A stretch of 64,000 nucleotides of DNA from Acanthaster planci (lineage: Eukaryota). The translations under genes were made by a program, and so were the position numbers. Positions 54,201-63,200 of the stretch are shown piece after piece. Location of the stretch: positions 3,222,864 to 3,286,863 of the forward strand of contig NW_019091360.1 of NCBI RefSeq assembly GCF_001949145.1, given 5' to 3'. Position 1 is the first letter of the stretch. Each line of letters starts with the position of its first letter. The notes under the pieces were generated by a model. It worked only from the letters and a program-made list of their open reading frames with translations. It searched no databases and was not told the origin of the DNA.

Positions 54201-57200
54201 AGATGGCGAGATCCTTGTTTCTGCAAAAACATGGAAATTTACGATTCAAACTTGATTCAATGACCAGTAGTTTTCAAGTACTTGTCACAGAGTTAAGCGC
54301 AAGGAAAGTATTTGTCCAATGTTTTTGATTGCTGTTTTAAGCTAGCCCTAACCCGCCTCAATCCTCCAAAATCCTTTAGGCAGTTTTGGAGGATTGAGGA
54401 TGAATGGCAAAAGTGTATGCCTGAATTGTGAAGGATGCCATGCTTGAAGGTTATGGGTTGGACCTTGTGTTGTTTATGCTTAAGTCATGCATAAATTTAG
54501 CCCGGCATTACTTTGAAATCAACCACACTGCTCCAGGAAGCCATTTGCACTGCCTCAACATAATGACTGGAATTACAGGAGGATTTTAACGATTGAGGAG
54601 CTGGGTACCTCCCGTTTTTGAGAAATAGTGTAAAGATCTGAGGAGTTTGGAGGATTGAGGATGAATGCAATTGTTGGACTAGGGCCACTGGAGGATTTGT
54701 GAGGCTTGAGGATGTGCCCCAGCAAAAGGCCCTGGTGGGTTTTAAACACTTGTGAAACCAAGTGTGGGTGATTTTAATATCCACCTGTGTTGGTTGTGAG
54801 AGTGGACACTTGGAATCCACTGTACCGCAGGTTTATCGTGACTTGCTGTCCTGGCATGAGCTGGGAGACAGCTCCTGAGTTAAGTTCATTGGATCGCATT
54901 CCATCTGTAGACGTCAAGCTGTAGGAAGCAGAGGTGGCTCCGGCCCTTGGAACCCAGGCCACCCCAACGAGTGTCGTCTCTACGTTTGTCACGTACAGCT
55001 CCTCTTGGCCGGTTGCCACTGTGGGGTTATGAGGTGCCAAGAAAGATTCAGTGTTGCAGAAGCAGGAAGTAGTGGATTTAAGTACCACTCCGGTTTAATA
55101 ATTAATAAAATTGTCACATAAATGGGGAATGGGCCGATCCCTGACTATGTGGTGTTTCAGGTTTAATGGCTCCTTACTAGCGCCCCTGAACAAAGATATT
55201 GATAAATGGGAAGAGCCACCAACACAGGGCTGGATAGCTTAGTTGGTAGAGCATCAGTACGGTGTTCCGGGGGTTGCAGGTTCAAATCCTGCTCCAGTCA
55301 ATTTTTTATCTTTATGATCAAAATAGAAAGAGATGGATACGAAGCTTGAATAAACCAGTCAACAATGATTCAGCTCACTTCATAACAATTGCACATCAAA
55401 TCTAAAGGGTCCATGCAATGCATCTCTATAATACAACCCTGGAAAATGTTTGCGTTTCAATTTATCTTATTTTACAGTTTCGCTTTACTATTACCAAGAG
55501 GTATTGCGACGTCTTTTGGGGGAGGGGTTATGGTAATACAAATTTCCATATTTATAGACTAATCCGAAGGGATGCCACACTGCGGTGGCTTGGCGCTCAC
55601 ACCCATAATTCCTGATCTTGAGATGCGCGCGCTTTTGGCAAATCGACACACCCTATTGGTCAATGTGGCATGTCACGTGCGCGTGCTACCTATTTACGCA
55701 CGTTGTGCCACTGCAGAATGGCTTCTAATTCTGGTTCTCGAATTACACTACAAGCAAAACTTTGATGTCACCCCAGGAAGGAGTTCCACATACGCCTGTT
55801 TGAATTTGTGATATTTTGTTGTTCTAAATGTCTTTTTCCTTGGTGATTCATTGTTGTTTGAATCCTTCTTCAGAAATATTTCAGTGAGCTAATTTTGGGA
55901 TCACAATTTTAAAAAAAAGCCCTATACACTGAGTGTCTTCCGCGGAATGACATCACAACAATGCCCTCAGTTGTCTGGGAAAGCTTAGACAACTTTGAAT
56001 ATTTGAAAAAAAAAGGTCTTTTCAATGCACTCAACCCAAAAGGAATGTCAAATGGTTCTCACACACCTTGAAAAAAAAGATACAGTTGCACAAAAAGTGT
56101 CTGTGAAAATTCACTATCAGGATCCTTTAAATGAAATTTGTGTCAGTTGAAATAAAAGTAGAAATGTGTACATCTTGAAATAGAAGCTTTGAGTGACAAG
56201 TTCAAGGCTGGAAATGCTGTTAATCATTCATCAGATGTTAGCCTAACCTGTGGTGGTGGTGGCCTGTGTAGCACTGCTGCTTCCAGTCTCGTGTGTGGCC
56301 CGCATTCGAACGCGATAGCCTGTGCCTGACATCAGGCCTGTCACCACGTACTCCCTGGTGTCTCCGGGGAGTGACGCCGTGTTGATTGCAAGGTAGGGAC
56401 TGGTGTCCAAGCCGAAGCTCAGCTCAAAGTTGTCATACAGTCCACTAGCAGGAGGGTCCCAGGTGACTTTGAAAGTGGTGGTGGTCTCTTCCGAGATGGC
56501 CAGATTCACGACAGGGGCAGGATCTGGCCGTCAGAAAATGAAACACCGACAGGAAAATTGGACAACTCATAAAAAGAAATTCCATACTGTAAAAAGCTTA
56601 GAATTTCATACAGAAGCAGTTACGACAAAATCCAATAAAAAGCTTCTTTCATTTCACGCTTCCGCGTCTACAGGAGAAAGGCTTATTTAAAAAAATCTAA
56701 TATGCAAGAACAAAATTTATATCCAGCACCACCAGCAAAAAAACTTACAAGGGAATTAAACGACTAACAGATCGGAGAGAATTTTTAATGCAAAATATTA
56801 TGGAGACCAGCTATGTTTAGTTATAATCTTGCTGATCCTCTAACAGCCAGAAACGCGACAAGAGGAAAGCTGTGAACCATTTTTGAAAGGATCTGGGGTT
56901 TGTTTGATTCTGTAACAAATGAGCCTCTGCAAATATCAACTTCAAACTGAAGACTCACTCGTTCGAATGACGACAGAATCCTGGAAGATCTCAGTGCTGC
57001 CTTGTAGGACTTGGTAGAGCCTGATGCGATACAGGGTACCGGGCACCAAACCGACAATCGTACGGGAGTACATCCGCTCAGCGTTTGCCGATAACGTCTG
57101 TGACTGTGTTGATGAGCTTCCTTGAGGACCCCAGGTCAGACGGTAACCAGTGACACTGACGGGTACCGGGTCCTCCCAGTCGACAAAGATGAACATCGAG

Positions 57201-60200
57201 TCAGCTATAACATTGCTGAATCTCACAGCCGCTGAAGAATGAAATCATATGGAATACAAACAATGGAATCTGTGCACAAACCTCTATGATTTAGACCTTG
57301 AAAATGATAGGATATTTAACATTGTGGATGGATCCAGCTAGGATGTTAACACCATGCTAAATACTAATTAAAGACAAATTCTCATAGCTACATAACAACT
57401 GCCAATAACAGGCAAAATGCCACGACAGACAATCAAGGAAATTATGATGAGCGATGTCACTTGACCAAAGTATGCGAACAAAAGGGTACCTGAAACTCCA
57501 AGTATGAAATGCCTTTCAAGGTTGTATCATTTCTTGAAACTAATCGTGTGCCTCCATCGGACGTATTTAATTTACTCAGCTGTTTCGTTCAGAATGAGGG
57601 TTTCGTTTCTTAAATGGCATACCCACGTGCATGTGAGTATGGACATATTCCAACGACTCAATGCAGACAGAGGGTAACGCTGAGCATTCACTCTGCCGAC
57701 TATCTGTGTCCACGTTTACATCAGTGCAGCATGAGAATGCACATCATCATGGACTATTCAGTGATGCAGTCCATATCTCTTTATGCTGATGCAAAAACGA
57801 GGCTTGAAGTAAGTCAACGACCGCTGTCAACAAATTCTACAATCTATTGAGTCACCACCAATTAGCCACCAATCTCCCGGTGAGATTCAACTCAGATTCG
57901 TAGTCAACTTCCACTGTCTTGTTCCACTGCCCCCACTGGAGGACTTACTTGTATTTCCTGTGACGCTGGCCGGATCACTGACTGTTGCTGTGGGGCCGGT
58001 CCCGCTCACAGATCGGACAGACACAGTGTACGCTGTGTTTGGCGACAAACCATCCACGATGAACTCCTGACAAGAGTACAAACAACAGAAAAAAATCATC
58101 AATTATACAAAACGAATCCTTGGACTTTTTCGTTGGTTCATCGGGTTATCTCCTATACTGCATTTGATTGAATACAGTCATTCCATCTTCGTGTATCCTT
58201 CTTGTAACATGTTCACAGGACCCATACTGGTGCTCCCTAGGCCACCCTGGGTGTCACCCGTGTCTGTCACTAGTGTTATTTCCATGTAATTTTTATCCTT
58301 ATTCATTAAGAGATATAGTCTAGCCCAATAACAGCTCTTAACATGAAGTACCAATTATATTTTTTTTCTGCCATGAGATGAAATAAATGTAAATTAGTTT
58401 AGACACAAGGGTTCTATCTGTGATTGCTAGAAATTCAAAAGCAGGAATTCATATCCAAGAGTAGCCACCAGTCATTAAACTCTCTACCTGGTGCGACATC
58501 ACATTGTTTTAATTATCTGTGTCGTTCACATTCTTTAAGTTCTTGCATCTTTTACGACATACCATGATGGCAATGTCTCTATTTTTGAAAGAATTGGCAT
58601 CCAGGCTACTTACAACTCGAGAGGACTATGGGGATGCTGTTCTTACTACAACGATAGCCTGGGTTCTTTACAAGAGAATGAAATAGCATCCAAGATACTT
58701 GACACGTGAGAGGATTATAGGGGTGCTGTGCTTGTTTCAAGGATAGCCTGGGTTCTTTTAAGAGAATGAAATGGCATCCAAGCTACTTGAGACTCGAGAG
58801 GACTGTAGGGCTGCTGCATTGGCTGCAACGATAGCCTGGGTTCCTTACAAGAGACATCTATCAGACATGCAACTGGGACTCGGACAAAAATGAGGAAATT
58901 CCCATCTTAACAAGACTTTGTCCAGTATTTTTCAGTTTTCAGTGGTACGAGTTTGAAGTAAAAAAAGGGGAAATCAGCGGATCCGAGGAAAAGGCGCATG
59001 CCTGAAGTATTTTTAATTTGGCCTCGTCAGGTCTGCCTTACCTGTACATTGGCCGGTACCGTTCCTTTATCAGTTTCCACACCAGTAGGGGCAGTGACGC
59101 TAACCCTGTAGGATGTTAGGTCAAACGAAGCAGGTTGCCAGGTGACATGGAGGCTATTGGCGGTTGTGTCTCCTGAGACTATTGTGACCGGGCCTGGTGT
59201 CTGGGGCTCTGGATTTGACAACAGAAACAAGCACGATGTAAGCAGGCCCAAGACGGAAACAACTTAAGCCTTGTTATCCCTTGAGCCAATGCCTTCTAAA
59301 GTCCCAGACTTCCAGTGTCTCTCATCAAAAAGTTACAAGATATGGCTTGGGCAGAGCGATTTGTGCATGTACGGGCAGTTCTTGAGCAAATTGTTAGGAA
59401 ACTTGATAGGTCAGGGAAACAATTGCTTTGGCAACTGTTTTAGAAACCTTGTATGATTTTTTTAGAAGTCTTGTATGCTTTCTGCCTCAAAAATCAGGCA
59501 TGTTGATATTCCAGCCCTTTCCATGAGCTCGAGGTCCAAATTCCTTTGAAAATGAAATCTTCAAAGCTTGTATAAAAGTCTAAACAGAATACAAGCATAA
59601 GAGAGTGTATCCTAGCATTTGGAGGAACTAATAGGTCAATTCTTCATGAGTACTGACTTGTGCGTTGGACAACACGTCGTTCCTCTGGTCCTGGTTCTGT
59701 GTCTACAACGATGCTGTACTGTCTCCCAGGGGTCAAGCCGGTCAGTCTGAAGCGGACAGAGCTAGACTCCCCAGGGAGTACACTGGAGACAAAGACCTTG
59801 TCACCATTGGAGTTGACGGTGGAGACACGGTATCGCTCGACGTTTTGGCCGGGCGTGGCTGCCCACAGGAGCTCCAGCGAGGTGGTCTGGACATCGCTGA
59901 CCAGGATATCACTCGGAGGAATGGAGTCTGCTCAATTACAATCAATTTCAAATGGAATAAGGCACTGATCAAAGTTATAGCAAACAGGGACATCAAGACA
60001 ACTCAACCTCAAGATACGTCTGGCCCAACCTAACAAGCTGAGTGGCAAGTCGCCAAAACTATCTCAGAGTTGAAAGCCTTTGAAAGAATCTTTTACAACG
60101 TATATCTTGAAGAATCTTTCACATTTTTTATTATTAAACGTATTTATTTTCATTTTCATCTGGATGCCAAACTGAGTGTTAGGTCAAAACAACAAGCTCA

Positions 60201-63200
60201 GTTTTCCCTCTCTAATGTCAACTAAAATCGTCACATTACTGAAAAAAATATGGCCTTAAGACTTGGTGCGATCTGATCACGAGTGTTGACAAACTTGGCT
60301 AGTTTCCTTTGTTGGTAGAATGTTGGAAGCCACAGGCTTCAAATCTCAACTTAATCAATCATTTTCATTCAACCTGTTAAAAAACGTCTGTTTTGCACTG
60401 TTGTGATGATTTCTAGAATGCTCAGAGTGAAAAGAATGGTAGTATTTGACTAAGATTTGGTTAACTGGGTCTTGTCATGCCCGACTGAGTTTCATCCATG
60501 TCCTACCTGTTGTGACCGTTATCTGATCTGGCAAACTGACCAGTCTATCAGCCCCTGTCCCAACAATCGTTGCCAGCTCCACCACATAAGTGGAGAATGG
60601 GTCGAGGCCAGTTATCTCGTAGTTGTTAACCATTCCCACTTCGTCGACCAGGGTGCGGACATTGTCCGAATCCCGGTAGGCTATTTCAAACCGTTCGTAG
60701 CCACCGTTGGGAGGCTGACCGCTGATGACTACTGACAAGGTGTTGTTCATGACAGAGATAACTTGAGGACTCTCAGGCTCTGAACGACAATGAAAAAGGT
60801 TATGAATCAAATCTTTCCCACTCTGTGCAATTTTAAAGAGAGTGGAAAATTAAAAAGTTACAACTGATGTTTCTCTGGACTGTTCCCGATTATCCCCTTC
60901 AACAATGGAAAATTTAGTGCTAGGTTTTGTACAGAGCAACTTTCGTGGAAGTGTGGCTCCGTAGAATGTTTGGGGGTCACTGGAAATCACTGTTATTAAA
61001 GGCATGCAACTTGGACTTTAACAAAAAATGAGGAAATTGCAACCTTGAAGTAAAAACAAGGAAATCAGCGGATCTGAGGAAAAGTTGGATATCGCTAATA
61101 ACAGCGCTATCATGTTTCTAAATTTGTTTATAAAGAAAGTGCCCTCTAATGTAATAAAATGTCTCATAACTGGAGTTCATGCTATTGCAGGAGTAAATTT
61201 TGTGAAATAACCTGCTGAGGACTTACTTGTGAACTGTAGAATAGCATTTCTTGTTCCACTGCCAGCAGACAAGATGGGCTGATTGGACACTTCATACCGG
61301 GTTCCAGACGTCAGCCCCGTGAAGGTGTGCTCCAGCTGGTCATTGGGATTGTACTGCTCCTGTTGGAGATTGCCAGATACGTCAGGTAGTTTGATGGCCA
61401 CCAGGTAGGATAGGAGACTCGGGTTGACCGTCTCACCCCAACGGATCTTGATGGAAGTCTCTGTGACTTCCACGATGAAGATTTCGTTTTCACCGATTGG
61501 AACTGTGTTGAGGGATGAAAAGGCAGGACGGTAAAACAACAATCATCAGCACTGGGAATCAAATATTTCTAACTGATCCTCAGGTTAAGAAAATAAAACT
61601 ATGAAAAAAACGCAAAATTACACAAAGATCTGACACACTCTGAACATCAATTACACAAATGAAACATGTCAGGGCACATCAACGACCTGAAATGATTCAA
61701 AGCAACTGAATCAAGAGATGCAGAATCCTCCTCTATGGCTACAAGTTCCATTCCCATGAGCCTGAGAAACTGTTTCTTACTGAATCCAAATTGAAACTTG
61801 CAGTTCTGGACCAAGAGAGGGCGCAATTTCCCCAGCGACGGAGGCTCCTCTGGTCGGAACTGAACTTCGCTGGTTAACGAACGACTAGAAAATGCACGCA
61901 TCACGGTCGCATCGCAACCAACAAATGACCAATTCTGACCAACGCGGCTCTTTTTAACCGAAGAGGGGGTGCTTCTGCTCAAGGTGGATTGGCATGACAA
62001 AACTTCCACGGACCACAGAATATTCGCGGACCACAACTTCAGAATTCCTTGAGTATTTGGTGTGACTGGACATGCAGAGGCAATGTCACTTTTTCCATAA
62101 CACAAGTACGTGTATACCAACGAGGACAGGTGAAACCACTTAAAATAATCCACCTGCAACATGCAATACTGCAGGAGCAATTTCAGTTGACCATGATGGC
62201 CTGCCACCCTACCTGTAGACCCGGCTCCACTGGCTGGCTCGCCCAGCACTTTAGTCGCCCCTACCCCCACTGTAGACCTCACAATGAAGTCATAGGTGAC
62301 TCCAGAGTCTAGACCAGTCACCCTCAGCTCCCGGGTGTTACTGTCGGTGGACCCTGCAAAGCTCTCAACCTGATATGGAATGGATGCAAGCAAACATTGC
62401 AATAAGCAGCCTGTTGATGCACTGTTCACTGGTTCAGTTATCAGCAGGTCTGATGAATACAAAAACAAGATACCACAAACATTGCTTGTGTTAAAGTTAA
62501 TATTGCTGTACTGTATGTTAGATGCTTCGATTTCCATTTGAATAAAGAATTTGTGCATGTTGCTTATTCTTTTGCACCTGTCTTCCTTGGACTCTGTAAG
62601 ACACATCATAGCCACTGACTAATCCAACGGCTGGCTGCCACTCAATGATCAAGGAGACAGGGGTGACTTCACTGTTGGGCTTGACCCGCACATTGCTGGC
62701 AGAGTTGGGACCTGGGGAGGGCGAAGATAGAGAACGGTGAGGGTTATTGATGATGAAGCAACACTGACTAGAAAGTTAATGTGGTTATGAAGTCACGATG
62801 GTTGAAAGTCCTGCTTTATCAACTGCACAGCTTGGAAAAATGTTGAAACACTGCCACAGACCATTCTTTTGTACTGGGCCAAAAGATATCAGAGGTATTG
62901 ACTATTCATTTTAGCTGTTTATATATTAAGCTTTTCTGCATGCATGTGATTGCGACCAAATACCCAATTGCTCTGCTCCACCATCAATTTTTACATTCAT
63001 AGTTTGAAAGCTTTGGGCAGAGCAATGGAAGTTGTGGACTTTGCGCTGCTCCTGTGTATATTGGTGGTTTTCCTCAGCCTAGTTTCAGAATGGTGGATCA
63101 TATCTAAGGTGGAGATTTTGTTTGGCATGACAACGTACGACATCTGAAAAACACTGTTCATGAGAGACAAACAAAAGTTGCAGAGGAATAATTAACTACA

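Noticed and set aside
1461..60735. Many plus-strand ORFs overlapping exons (e.g. 8292-8609, 23042-23398, 52395-52847, 59660-59968)
   Set aside because: Antisense shadows of the minus-strand coding exons; no independent protein signal.
61647..62615. 322-aa minus-strand ORF
   Set aside because: Only 62213-62369 is FN3-like and splice-bounded; the rest is stop-free intron with no recognisable domain.
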